The notes below the pieces were generated by a model that worked only from the letters and a program-made list of their open reading frames with translations, did not search any database and was not told the origin of the DNA. A stretch of DNA of 64,000 nucleotides from an uncultured Acidobacteriota bacterium. GTDB taxonomy: Bacteria; Acidobacteriota; Terriglobia; Terriglobales; Acidobacteriaceae. This document shows, piece after piece, positions 36,298-46,786 of the stretch. The translations under genes were made by a program, and so were the position numbers. Each line of letters starts with the position of its first letter. The first letter of the stretch is position 1. Location of the stretch: positions 52,521 through 116,520 of the forward strand of contig CAVTRQ010000019.1 of the NCBI GenBank assembly GCA_963737175.1, read 5' to 3'.

Positions 36298-37746
36298 TTA
36301 GCGCCGTTTCTCCTTCGGCCGCGCTTTGTCGTCTCGCTTCTTGCCGCGGTCGATCCACGGTTTCTTGGCTGCAAACGTCTTCTTGCCCAGCGAGGGACTC
36401 TTCTTTTTGAGCCGCGCTGGTTTCCTGTACGTGCCGGGATCTTCCAGTACCTCGGGTGCCGGCAGCAGTTCGCGGCGACTGCGGACCAGAAACGCAGCCA
36501 GGTGTTCCGCGCTCCGCTCAGCGAGCAGCACTCTCCCTGCCGCCAAATCGTCTTCCGCCGGAGCGTCTGACAGGGCAACGATTTCCCGCACCAGGTTTTC
36601 CTCATCGCGTGCGCGAATCGCATCCGCCGAAGGCGCAGTCGTCCAGAGTGCTTTGATCTTTGCCGACGCCAGCAATCGCTCCCCGGCTCCCCGATGCTGC
36701 GCGGGCACGATGATCACCGACAATCCCTTGCGGCCCGCGCGTCCGGTGCGGCCGCTGCGATGCAACAGCCCCTCCTTGTTCTGCGGCAGGTCGGCATGGA
36801 TCACCAAGCCGAGATCCGGCATATCCAATCCTCGCGCGGCTACGTCGGTGGCCACGCACACGCGAGCCCGCCCGTCGCGCAGGGCTTGCAACGCGGTCGT
36901 ACGCTCGTGCTGCTTCAGTTCTCCGGAAAGCGAAACCGCCGAGAATCCCCGCTCCCGCAGATTCGCATGCAGATGGCGCACCGCTTCGCGCGTTGAACAG
37001 AACACCAGCGCACCTTGCGCGTCGAAGTAGCGCAGCGAATTGACCACGGCGTGTTCCATATCCCGCGGGCCAATCAGAAACGCGCGATATTCAATGTCGG
37101 CGTGAGGCTCGTTCTCCGACGATAACGCGATGCGTAGAGCATTGTGCTGATACTGCCTGGCCAGCCCCAGGATCGCCTTCGGCAGCGTCGCCGAAAACAT
37201 CATGGTGCGCCGCTCCGGAGGAGTCGCTTTCATCAGTAGCTCGAGTTCTTCGCGGAAGCCGAAATCAAGCATCTCATCCGCTTCGTCCAGCACCACCGCG
37301 CGGATCTCTGCCAGGTCTAAATGTCCTTGATCGAGGTGGTCCGCCAGCCGGCCCGGCGTGCCGACCACGACATGCGCCCCCGCCCCCAGTGCGCGTTGCT
37401 CGCGGCGAATGTCCATGCCGCCCACGCAAGCGATCACGCGCCCGCCTGCGTCGCCTAACAGCCATGCCAGTTCTTTCTGCACCTGCAGCGCCAGTTCACG
37501 GGTCGGCGCCACAATCAACGCAAGTGGCTGCTTGGCCCGCCCGAATCGTGGCGCCTCGCCCAGCAGCGTTTCTCCTAATGTAAGGCCATAGGCGGCCGTC
37601 TTTCCCGAGCCTGTCTGGGCTGACACCAGCAGGTCACGCCCTGCTGCTTCAGGCCGAAGCACGGCGGTTTGAACGGGTGTAGGGTCGGTGTAGTTTCGTG
37701 CCGCAAGCGCGCGGAGCAAGCTGGGGTGGAGTTCAGGAAAGGCCAT
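36298..37746 (-). CDS. DEAD-box ATP-dependent RNA helicase with basic C-terminal tail
   Basis: Motifs 'AQTGSGKT', 'VLDEADEML', 'FSAT' and 'HRSGRTGRAG'. The start is taken at 'MAFPELHPSLL' (ATG 37746). Confidence 0.9.
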   Translation of the reverse strand: MAFPELHPSLLRALAARNYTDPTPVQTAVLRPEAAGRDLLVSAQTGSGKTAAYGLTLGETLLGEAPRFGRAKQPLALIVAPTRELALQVQKELAWLLGDAGGRVIACVGGMDIRREQRALGAGAHVVVGTPGRLADHLDQGHLDLAEIRAVVLDEADEMLDFGFREELELLMKATPPERRTMMFSATLPKAILGLARQYQHNALRIALSSENEPHADIEYRAFLIGPRDMEHAVVNSLRYFDAQGALVFCSTREAVRHLHANLRERGFSAVSLSGELKQHERTTALQALRDGRARVCVATDVAARGLDMPDLGLVIHADLPQNKEGLLHRSGRTGRAGRKGLSVIIVPAQHRGAGERLLASAKIKALWTTAPSADAIRARDEENLVREIVALSDAPAEDDLAAGRVLLAERSAEHLAAFLVRSRRELLPAPEVLEDPGTYRKPARLKKKSPSLGKKTFAAKKPWIDRGKKRDDKARPKEKRR

Positions 37747-37888
37747 ATTGGAAGTATATCCGGTGACCGCCCGATGTCTTGGCCATGGTGAGGCCTTAGA
37801 AGTTATCGGGGCCTCAGTTGCCCGTACAGCTACGGTTTCTTGCTCATTCCAATGTCCAGCCACTCAGGATATCTATATAAGCAGTGCA

Positions 37889-38131
37889 ATGTTGCGTCTC
37901 GACTACATTTCGTGTCTTCTCACGGTGATTTCCACAATTCTGGTTGGCCGCCGATTCTGGCAAGGCTGGATCGTCGCCGGGGCGAACAGCGTGATCATTT
38001 GTCTGATCGGGCTGAAGACGGCACAGACAGGGTTTATAGCGGCGAACGTCTTCTGCATGGGTATATACGGCTATAACCTGGTGAATTGGCGATCACAGAG
38101 GCAGGAGAATTCTCACGTCGGATGCATCTGA
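37889..38131 (+). CDS. Small 3-TM membrane protein (80 aa), function unknown
   Basis: 'MLRLDYISCLLTVISTILVGRRFWQGWIVAGANSVIICLIGL...AANVFCMGIYGYNLVNW' has three hydrophobic segments. It loosely resembles a PnuC-type helix-bundle unit. Confidence 0.4.
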   Translation: MLRLDYISCLLTVISTILVGRRFWQGWIVAGANSVIICLIGLKTAQTGFIAANVFCMGIYGYNLVNWRSQRQENSHVGCI

Positions 38132-38209
38132 TACTGTTACGCTGATGCCTACGCACTCGCGTGTTTCCTGGGATCTCTGCTCGTCAAGTGCTCGGCCGGG
38201 CGACGGATT

Positions 38210-38979
38210 ATGAAGGATCGTTCAGACATAGCCATCGAGTTCGTCCACGTCGATTACAACGTTAACGGAACTCGCACTCTCATTTCTGACCTCAATCTGG
38301 CAATTCGTTCCCATGAAATTCTGATCCTGCTGGGCAGAAGCGGCTCCGGCAAAACAACAACTCTCAAACTCATTAACCGGCTTCTTTCTCCGACTCGGGG
38401 AGAAGTACGTGTGGAAGGTCGCGCGACGCATCAGTGGGATCCCATTCAGTTGCGCCGCAGTATCGGATATGCGGTTCAGGAAGTCGGCCTCTTTCCGCAC
38501 TACACGGTGGAAGGCAACGTTGCGCTGATCCCGAAGATTGAAGGCTGGGACAGCAACCGGATTGAACGGCGAGTCAACGGAGATACTTTCGCTTGTAGGA
38601 TTGCCCTACGAGCAGTTTGCGCGAGCGCTATCCGCACGAGCTTTCGGGCGGTCAGCGGCAGCGAGTTGGGCTGGCTCGCGCACTTGCGGCGAATCCGCCA
38701 ATCCTGCTTATGGATGAGCCTTTCGGAGCGCTCGATCCGTTGACCCGCGCGGAGCTGCAACGGGAGTTCAAGCTGCTCCAGAAGCGCCTCGGCACAACGG
38801 TTGTGTTTGTCACGCATGACGTAACCGAGGCTCTCTTGCTTGGGGATCGCATCGCTCTTATGGAGAGTGGAGCATCCGTCGGAGTGTTCACGCCAGGAGA
38901 GTTTCTCAGGTCGTCCAATGAAAACGTGAAGCCCTATGTCGAGATCTTTCGATCCAGCTTCCAACTGCTGAACGAGTGA
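38210..38979 (+). pseudogene. ABC transporter ATP-binding protein (glycine betaine/choline Opu-type); frame broken once
   Basis: Walker A 'GRSGSGKTT' is in ORF 38210..38743. The signature 'LSGGQRQRV' and Walker B 'ILLMDEPFGALD' are in ORF 38617..38979, in another frame. Confidence 0.8.
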
Positions 38980-39623
38980 TCGATATGTCATTTCCCGAAT
39001 TTGTCGTCAAGCATCGCCTTGAGATCATGACGCTGTCGCTGGAGCATCTCCGCCTGGTCCTCTGGTCCATGATGTTTTCGCTTCTGATCGGCATCCCACT
39101 TGGCGTGCTTTTGGCGAGGCGTCCGAGATTGAGAGCGGCTGTCCTCGGAACAAATAACGTGATTCAAACCATCCCAAGTCTGGCGCTCTTCGGACTCCTG
39201 TTGCCGATGCCCTGGCTCGGCGCTCGGGCGGACCGGTTGACGATCACGGCTCTGACGCTCTATGCCCTCTTGCCAATTGTTCGCAATACCTACACTGGCA
39301 TCAGTGGAGTTGACCCGTCGGTGCTCGAAGTGGCAACAGGCATGGGACTGACCCCGCGGCAGATTCTGTGGCATGTAGAGATTCCTCTGGCCTCTCCGGT
39401 CATTCTCGGCGGGGTGCGAGTCGCCACCGTAATCACCATCGGGGTAGCGACCATCGCAGCCGCAATCGGAGCTGGCGGTCTTGGCGAGTTTATCTTTCGC
39501 GGCTTGGCCATGGTGGACAACAATGTCATTCTGGCAGGTGCAGTTCCCGCAGCGCTCATGGCGCTCGTCGCGGATGGAGCGATCGGGTTGCTACAGAGGG
39601 CGTCTCGCTGGCGACGCCGCTAA
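38976..39623 (+). CDS. ABC transporter permease (OpuBB/ProW-like)
   Basis: 215-aa polytopic protein with the loop 'LLPIVRNTYTGISGVDPSVLEVATGMGLTPRQILWHVEIPLASP'. Confidence 0.8.
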   Translation: MIDMSFPEFVVKHRLEIMTLSLEHLRLVLWSMMFSLLIGIPLGVLLARRPRLRAAVLGTNNVIQTIPSLALFGLLLPMPWLGARADRLTITALTLYALLPIVRNTYTGISGVDPSVLEVATGMGLTPRQILWHVEIPLASPVILGGVRVATVITIGVATIAAAIGAGGLGEFIFRGLAMVDNNVILAGAVPAALMALVADGAIGLLQRASRWRRR

Positions 39624-39624
39624 T

Positions 39625-40503
39625 ATGAATCGTCGAGCGTTTGTCACCGGGATCGCTGCGCTGTTGCTTGCAGGTTGCAGTCGTCGTGAGCGCCACGTAT
39701 CGGTCGGCACCAAGAACTTCACCGAACAACTCGTGCTCGGAGAACTTCTGGCTCAAGTTCTGGAAAGTCGCCTAACCCTCCCTGTCGAGCGCCGCTTCTA
39801 TCTGGCGGGGACCTATATCTGCCAGCAGGCCATTCTTGCCGGGCGAATTGATGTGTACGTTGAATACACCGGCACGGCTCTCGCCGCGATTCTCAAGCAA
39901 CCGGTACATCTCAGATTCCGAAGCTGTGTTTGAAATTGTACAAAAGCAATATCAGCGCCGCTTCAATCTCATCGTCCTGCCGTCGCTGGGATTCAACAAT
40001 ACATTTGCCATCGCAATGCGCGGCGATGACGCGAGAGCCGCGGGCATTACGAAATTGTCAGAGCTCGCCGCACATTCACCGCAGATGCGCATGGGCGTTG
40101 GCTATGAATTCCTGGAGCGTCCGGATGGTTTTGTGGGACTGGCGAGAAGCTATGGACTGCAATTCGCCGCGCCGCCAAGCGTCATGGATCTGGGTCTGCT
40201 GTATCGAGCGCCTGCAGGCAAAACAGGTGGACGTTGTAGCGGGTTCCAATACTGACGGAATGATCGCCGCGCTCGGCTTAACAGTACTGGAAGACGACAG
40301 ACATTATTTTCCGCCCTATGACGCGGTTCCGATTGTCAGGCCAGAGGCATTGCAACAGAACGACGGGATGCGAACGGCGCTCGAGCAACTTAGCCGGACG
40401 CATTTCAACCCAAGACATGCGTCGCATGAATTACGCGGTGGATGGCGAAAAGCGTGATGTTTCTGATGTCGTACACGATTTTCTTCAATCGCTCAGACAT
40501 TAG
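39625..40503 (+). pseudogene. Opu-type substrate-binding lipoprotein; frame broken at least three times
   Basis: Lipobox 'MNRRAFVTGIAALLLAGCS'. Consecutive conserved segments fall in four different ORF-track frames (39481.., 39836.., 39930.., 40318..40503). Confidence 0.7.
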
Positions 40504-40609
40504 AAGCGTTGATATGAAATCCAAGGTTATGCCTTGAATTAAAGCCCACCCCGGTACCCTTCCGTTCTCGCGTAAACGGCAGTTTCCGATAAACGCTATC
40601 GCGCCTTGT

Positions 40610-40777
40610 TCATGGACGCCTGAGGAATCTCGAGTAGAAAGCTCCGAACACCAAGACAATGCCGATATTCACTGTCAGCCGTTCCCAGAATCGGTTTCTG
40701 AAGAACACGAAATCCACACCGACTATGACGGCTGCCATCGCCACCGCGTAAAGCACGACAGTTACCTGTCTGCCCAT
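40610..40777 (-). CDS. Small 2-TM membrane protein (55 aa)
   Basis: My own translation gives 'MGRQVTVVLYAVAMAAVIVGVDFVFFRNRFWERLTVNIGIVLVFGAFYSRFLRRP'. GAGGA lies 8 nt upstream of the ATG. It is below the 60-aa cutoff of the ORF track. Confidence 0.4.
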   Translation of the reverse strand: MGRQVTVVLYAVAMAAVIVGVDFVFFRNRFWERLTVNIGIVLVFGAFYSRFLRRP

Positions 40778-40816
40778 TTCAGATTCCTCGCTTACATTCT
40801 TATGCCCTTACCTCAG

Positions 40817-42125
40817 TTATTGAAGCCGGGCAGTTCTACGCGTCTTCGCAATGTGATCCTTGATCCAGTGGCTGTCCCACCATTCCTTCGGGTCAATCTG
40901 GACGCCGTCGAGCTGCATGGCGAAGTGAATATGGTCGCCTCCGGCCATTCCGGTCATGCCGCTCGAGCCCATCACCTGGCCTCGCTTCACCATGTCGCCT
41001 TCGTGCACATCAATCTGGCTGAGGTGGCCGTAGATCGTCTGCAGCCCGTAGCCATGATCGACCACGATGCAGTTGCCGTAGATGCCCAGCGGAGCCGCAT
41101 ATACGACCCGGCCATCATTGGAGGCCTCCACGCCGACATGCTGCGTGACCGCGAGATCGTATCCCAGGTGCACCTGCTGATCGATCTTCTTGCCCTGGTA
41201 GATGTAGTTCCGCACGTCGGCAAAGGTCGCTTCCGCCTGGGAGTGAGACTGCCGCGTGAAAGGCTGCGACCACAGGAAGTTGTCTGCGGTCTTGAAGCGC
41301 AGATCCGAAAGCGTCTTGTTGTTGGCGCGCCGCATTTCGTTATTGATCTTCACAAAACGCGCCACCGGATCGCCCGAGCCCGTTCGGATCAAGCTCGTTG
41401 ACTACCTTCTGGATGAACCGGTCGTTCAACTGCAAGTCGTGCACGGTGTACTTCGGCTGCTCTTTCTTGGGAAACTGGACGACGAGCGGGCTGGTCACGT
41501 CGTTTCCTGCGCCGTTGGAGGCGTAGACCACGGGCACGGTGCCGGACGGCATGTTCCAGGCAAAGGCAAAGAGCGAAAAGAAGCCGGGCTTGCCGCCGGG
41601 CATGGGCCAAGCCCGAAATGTCTGATCGCCAACGCGCACGCCCGCTTCCGTCCAAGTACCGGAGACATTGAAGGTGGCCAGATCGGCCATGCCCAGGTAC
41701 AGGTAGTGCTGATCGGAATCGACACTGACGGTTGGCGGTTGCGTGACCACCGTCACCTCGCGCTCGTAGCGCGCGCTCTTCCTGAAGCAAGTCGTTCGAG
41801 GTGGCTTCGACGATCAGCTTCGCCTTGCCGTCCTGAAGCTGCGGCGTGGTGCTGATGCCGGCGGTAAAATTCCATCGTACCATCCGCCAAACTGCGTAGG
41901 TTGCGCGAGCTCCCAGACGCGATAGCGGGTGCCGTTCTGCTCAACAAACACCGCAAGCCTACGCACCCCATGCGGATCGCGTACGTGGACGGTGATCGGA
42001 GTGGCTTGGCCGAGGGTGGTGACCGGAGAGGACAAATCCACAACGGGCGTCGCTGATCGTCCTACTAGAAGCGCAATCGGCAACAAGACTATGAAAGCAA
42101 TGACCACAACAAAGATTCTTCGCAC
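40817..42125 (-). pseudogene. M23-family (LytM) metallopeptidase with N-terminal TM anchor; frame broken at least twice
   Basis: Catalytic part 'HLGYDLA...GNCIVVDHGYGLQTIYGHLS...GSSGMTGMAGGDHIHF' is in ORF 40817..41392. The middle segment is in 41340..41756 and the TM N-terminus in 41814..42125, both in other frames. Confidence 0.75.
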
Positions 42126-42221
42126 ATGCCATTGTAGCGCGCGCTCAGCGAGTCGAGGATCAGTGTTTAAACCTATTCGGAGACATCACCACGGCTGGGT
42201 TCACAATCCTCGAGGAGTTCT

Positions 42222-42548
42222 TTGATGTTTACAAGAGTGGTCGAACTAACAGGCAAGCACGGAAAGAGGAATGAGTTGTGCACCACCTTAGACGAAAAGG
42301 TGCTGCCTCTCTTGAAAAAACAGCAAGGCTTTCAGGACCAGATCGTACTGGTATCCAATACTGATCCCAATCAAGTGCGGGTACTAAGTTTCTGGAATAG
42401 GCGCGAGGATGCCGAACGCTATCACCGCGAGCAGTTCTCTCGGGTAACCGAGATGATACAGAACTTCTGCGATGGCGCTCCTGAGATTGCAACCCACGAC
42501 GTAAACACATCAACCGTCCATCACATCAATCGAGGAAAAGCGGCATAA
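42222..42548 (+). CDS. ABM (antibiotic biosynthesis monooxygenase-like) domain protein
   Basis: ~100-aa ferredoxin-like pattern 'GFQDQIVLVSNTDPNQVRVLSFWNRREDAERYHRE'. Confidence 0.5.
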   Translation: MMFTRVVELTGKHGKRNELCTTLDEKVLPLLKKQQGFQDQIVLVSNTDPNQVRVLSFWNRREDAERYHREQFSRVTEMIQNFCDGAPEIATHDVNTSTVHHINRGKAA

Positions 42549-42570
42549 TCGAAAGAAATATAGGGGGCAC

Positions 42571-42600
42571 AAGGCAAGCCGGGCAGCTTGCCTTTGTTCG
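42571..42600 (+). terminator. Hairpin terminator candidate after the ABM gene
   Basis: AAGGCAAGC (42571-42579) pairs with GCTTGCCTT (42586-42594). This is a 9-bp stem with a 6-nt loop, followed by TGTTCG. Confidence 0.5.
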
Positions 42601-42839
42601 ATCAATCGCCCCGTTAACGAGTGCTAAAAAAGAAGGGCGCACTCATCGCTGAATGTGCCCTAAATCAGGAGGTCTCCTCGATTTTTCGACACCACCGCTA
42701 CTGTCTGCTGATGTCTACTGAGTGGATGCTGGGAAGTTCGAAAAAGATGTCACGTCCAGCTCTGCTGCACGATTGACGAGGCGAGACGGACTTCTGATGC
42801 GGCGAGTGCGTTCCGTCCGGCTCGACAGCGGGCTCATCA

Positions 42840-43231
42840 TTCAAACTCCACCAGAACCTGGTGCAGTTGCACACCATCGCCCTGGTGCAACCGTCACGTT
42901 CTTCACCTTGCCCGCCACTGGCGAGGTCACGTTGGTTTCCATCTTCATCGCTTCCAGCACCAGCAGCAGGTCGTTGGGTTGAATCTGCTGTCCGGGTTGC
43001 ACGTTCACTCGCGTCACCATGCCTGCAATGGGCGAGCGGCAAACCTTCGTCTCGTCTGCCACCGAAGCATCGGCCGCCGCCTTCGCTACTCCCGCCGCTG
43101 GCGCCGCCGCGCGTCAACACCGTCGCCGTCGGCTGGGCGGGAATGTAATGCGGCTGTGGGGCCGCGTCGTCCTCTGTAATCTCTACCTCGACTTCGTAGG
43201 ACTTGCCGTCGATTCCGATCTGTAGCTTCAA
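42840..43231 (-). pseudogene. Biotin carboxyl-carrier subunit (1.3S-type); frame broken at least twice
   Basis: Biotinylation motif 'LVLEAMKMETNV' is in ORF 42841..43062. The N-terminus 'KLQIGIDGKSYEVEVEI' (TTG 43231, GGAGAA upstream) and the end 'GDGVQLHQVLVEFE*' are in other frames. Confidence 0.7.
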
Positions 43232-43338
43232 AGTCGTTCTCCTCGTGCGCTCGCGTCGCGCCATCGGTCAGTTGGAGCGCCGCATCGCATTGCCTCGCGA
43301 GGCCCGCTCCGCGACCGGACGCTCCTGGTCTCATCGCC

Positions 43339-43593
43339 TTAGCGTTTCAGGTTGTGCGAGGCCTGGACGATCGCACGTCCGACCTGCGCCCACGTATTCA
43401 CCGTCGGTATCAACTGCGCCGCCCGGATCTTCACCTTTTTGCCAAGGAAGGTTGTAACCGCCGCCGCAATCATTGCCAGCGTCTCGGCCGGAATCTGCTC
43501 TTCGACCGCTTCCGCCTTCGTCGGCAGCAGTGCTTCCATGGCGCTGATCCGCGCTGAAAATTCATTCTTCAGCGCCTCCAACTCAGCGTGCAA
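43339..43593 (-). CDS. Small subunit-like protein of the carboxyltransferase operon (OadG/delta-like?)
   Basis: 84-aa ORF 'ELEALKNEFSARISAMEALLP...MIAAAVTTFLGKKVKIRAAQLI'. A better start (AAGGAGAAGACC-ATG at 43658) lies upstream in a different frame, so this gene may be frame-broken too. Confidence 0.35.
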   Translation of the reverse strand: MHAELEALKNEFSARISAMEALLPTKAEAVEEQIPAETLAMIAAAVTTFLGKKVKIRAAQLIPTVNTWAQVGRAIVQASHNLKR

Positions 43594-43677
43594 TGCCCTT
43601 CACTTCTGCTTCGACGTCCATCTTCGCGGCGTCATCTTTCCAGTGCTGTCGTTGCCATGGTCTTCTCCTTGCCGCGA

Positions 43678-45259
43678 TTAAAGCGGAATCAATCCGTGCT
43701 TCTTGGAAGGCCGCAGTTCGCGCTTGGTTTCCAGCGCGCCCAGTGCCTGGGCCAGTGCGCGCCGCGTCTGCGAAGGCTCGATCACGTCGTCCACCAGCCT
43801 GCGCCCGGCGGCCACAAATGGGTTGGCAAACGCATCGCGATACAGTCCGATCAGCTCCTGCCGCTTCGCCTGCTTGTCCGTCGGCTGCCGTCAATCTCCT
43901 TGCGGAAGACGATTTCGGCCGCGCCCTCGGCGCCCATCACCGCAATCTCCGCCGTTGGCCAGGCCAGCACGCGGTCCGCGCCCAGATCCTTCGAGCACAT
44001 CGCCACGTAGGCGCCGCCGTAGGCTTTGCGCAGAATCACCGTGATCTTCGGGCTGGTCGCCGCCGAGTAGGCAAACAGCATCTTCGCTCCGTGGCGGATG
44101 ATCCCGCCGTACTCCTGTTGCACCCCCGGCAAAAAGCCCGGAACGTCCACAAAGGTCACGATGGGAATGTTGAATGCGTTCAGGAAGCGGATGAAGCGCG
44201 CCGCCTTGTCGCTGGCGTTGATGTCCAGCGCTCCGGCCAGCACGTTCGGCTGGTTGGCGACGATCCCGATCGAGCGTCCCTGGATGCGGCCAAAGCCAAT
44301 CACGATGTTCGGCGCAAAGCCCGGCTGCACTTCCATGAAGTCGTTGTGATCCAGGATGCGGGTCAGAATCTCGCGCACGTCATACGACTGCTTGTGCTCC
44401 ACCGGAACAATGCCGTTCAGCGACGCGTCGTCTTCCATCGGGAACTCGTACTGCAGCCGCGGCGGATCTTCCAGGTTGTTCGAAGGCAAAAAGCTCAGCA
44501 GCCGGCGGCAGATGTACACCGCGTCCTCATCGTTTTCCGCCACAAAGTGAACCACGCCCGAGTTGTTCATCTGCGCCACCGGACCGCCCAGCGCCTCGGC
44601 CGTTACCACCTCGCCCGTCACCTGCTTGATCACCGAAGGTCCGGTGATGAACATCTGTGCCTGCTTGGTCTGGATGATGAAGTCGGTCAGCGCCGGACTG
44701 TACACCGCGCCGCCCGCGCAAGGTCCGCAAATCAGCGAAATCTGCGGCACCGTGCCGCTCAGCATCACATTGTTAAAGAACACGCGGCCGTAACCGCCCA
44801 ACGCGTCAATGCCTTCCTGGATGCGCGCCCCGCCCGAATCGTTGATGAAGATGAACGGCGAGCCGGTCTTCAGCGACGCCTTCATCATGCTCCACGCACT
44901 TGTCGGAGTGAACCTCGCCCGCCGCCCCGCCGGCCACCGTAAAGTCCTGGCTGGCCAGGTGTACCAGCCGCCCGTCAATCCGCGCGCATCCGGTCACCAC
45001 GCCGTCGGCCGGAAGCTCTTTTCCTTCCATTCCGAACAGCGTCGCCCGGTGCGTCGCGAAGGCGCCAATCTCCTGGAACGATTGCCGGGTCCACCAGCTT
45101 TTCCACCCGCTCGCGAGCCGTCAGCTTGCCTTGCGCGTGCTGTTTTTCAATGCGCTTTGTGCCGCCGCCCTTTTCTACCGTTGCGCGCTTCTCACGCAGA
45201 GCCTCAATGCGCTCTTCCATCGTCTTCGTCTTCGCCCGTGCTGCCGCTGGAGTCGTCAT
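43678..45259 (-). pseudogene. Acyl-CoA carboxyltransferase (12S / propionyl-CoA carboxylase beta-type); frame broken about three times
   Basis: 'FINDSGGARIQEGIDALGGYGRVFFNNVMLSGTVPQISLICGPCAGGAVYSPALTDF' is in ORF 43851..44978. N-terminal pieces are in 44975..45259 and 44806..45030. The C-terminal 'LYRDAFANPFVAAGRRLVDDVIEPSQTR...KKHGLIPL*' is in yet another frame. Confidence 0.8.
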
Positions 45260-45282
45260 TTGTCTCTACCAATCCCTTCGTT

Positions 45283-46786
45283 CTACCGCGCCGTGGCGAC
45301 GGTGACGTTGTGCGTCTGTCCATTGATGGTGACCGCGTACTTGACCGGAGCGGTGGGCTGTGCCGCCTCGCCACCTTGGCGCGGCTGCCGCCGCCGGAGC
45401 TGCCTTCGACGGATCCTTGCCCAGGTTTTTCGCTCCCTGGTCGCGCGTGGCAAAGAACTTCGGCGCCACCTGCGGGAACATCGCAAAGGTCAGTACGTCT
45501 TCGTCGGTGCCGTTGCAACCCTTCAACGCCAGCGCGTCGGCCCGCAGCGCCTCCCACTCCGGCTTCAGCAAATCCGCCGGACGGCAGGTGATCGGCTCCT
45601 TCTTCGCGTGCAGCCGGGCCTTTTCCAGCACCTCGGGATCCTTCGGGCCAATCGTCTCGCCGTAGTAGCCCAGCATCAGGTCGGCAAACTCACCCGTCAA
45701 AACCTTGTACGGCCCCATCAGCACATTGAACACCGCCTGCGTGCCCACAATCTGCGAACTCGGCGTAACCAGCGGCGGATAGCCCGATACCTTGCGCACC
45801 CGCGGAACCTCCAGCAGTACCTCTTCCAGCTTGTCGCCGGCGCCCTGCTGCTTCAACTGGCTCTCCATGTTGCTGATCATGCCGCCTGGAATCTGGCTCT
45901 TGAAGATCTCCGTTTCCACTCCCGTGATGTCGCTCAGGAATTCCTTGTAGCGCGGACGGATCGTCTTGAAGTAATTCCGCACCTTCAGCAGCCGCTTCAT
46001 GTCCAGCCGCGTCTCCACGCCCGTGCCTTCCAGCATCTCCACCAGGCTCTCCGTCGGGTTGTGTCCCGGTCCCAGGGAGAGCGAGCTGATCGCCGTGTCC
46101 ACGATGTCCACTCCGGCTTCAATCGCCTTCATGTAGCTCACCAGCGTGACACCGGTGGTCGAGTGGCAGTGCAGGTGCACCAGCGTCTCCTGGCCGCATT
46201 TTTCCTTGATGCCCTTCACCAGGTCATAGGCCGGCTGCGGCTTCAGCAAGGCCGCCATGTCCTTGATGCAGATCGAATCCGAGCCCATGTCCTTCAGCTT
46301 CTGCGCCATCTCCACAAACGCTTCCACCGTGTGCAACGGGCTGACCGTGTAGCAGATCGTGCCCTGCGCGTGCTTGCCTGATTTCTTCACCGCCGCAATC
46401 GACGTCTCCAGGTTGCGCAGGTCGTTCAGCGCGTCGAAAACCCGGAACACGTCCATCCCATGCTCGGCCGCCTTGGCCACAAACCGCTCCACCACCGAAT
46501 CTTCGTAGTGCCGGTAGCCCAGCAGGTTCTGGCCCCGCAGCAGCATCTGCAGTTTGGTCTTCGGCAGCAGCTTGCGGAACGTCTTCAGCCGCTCCCACGG
46601 GTCCTCGTTCAGGAATCGAATGCAGGAGTCAAAGGTCGCGCCGCCCCAGCACTCCAGGGACCAGTAGCCGGCGTTGTCCAGATCCTCGCAGGCGGGAACC
46701 ATGTCTTCCATCGCCATGCGCGTGGCCATCAGCGACTGGTGCGCATCGCGCAGAATCAAATCCGTAACTTCCAGTATTCGTTTCAT
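45283..46786 (-). pseudogene. Carboxyltransferase 5S / oxaloacetate decarboxylase alpha-type subunit; frame broken near the 3' end
   Basis: 'VTDLILRDAHQSLMATRM...YWSLECWGGATFDSCIRFLNEDPWERL...LLRGQNLLGYRHY'. The expected tail 'PVKYAVTINGQTHNVTVATAR*' is in the frame of ORF 45283..45486. Confidence 0.8.

Noticed and set aside
36123-36623. N-terminal extension of ORF 33708..36623 (971 aa in the ORF track).
   Set aside because: The extension overlaps the 3' end of the DEAD-box helicase gene in another frame and is Arg-rich nonsense. A signal-peptide-like segment begins at the GTG at 36122.
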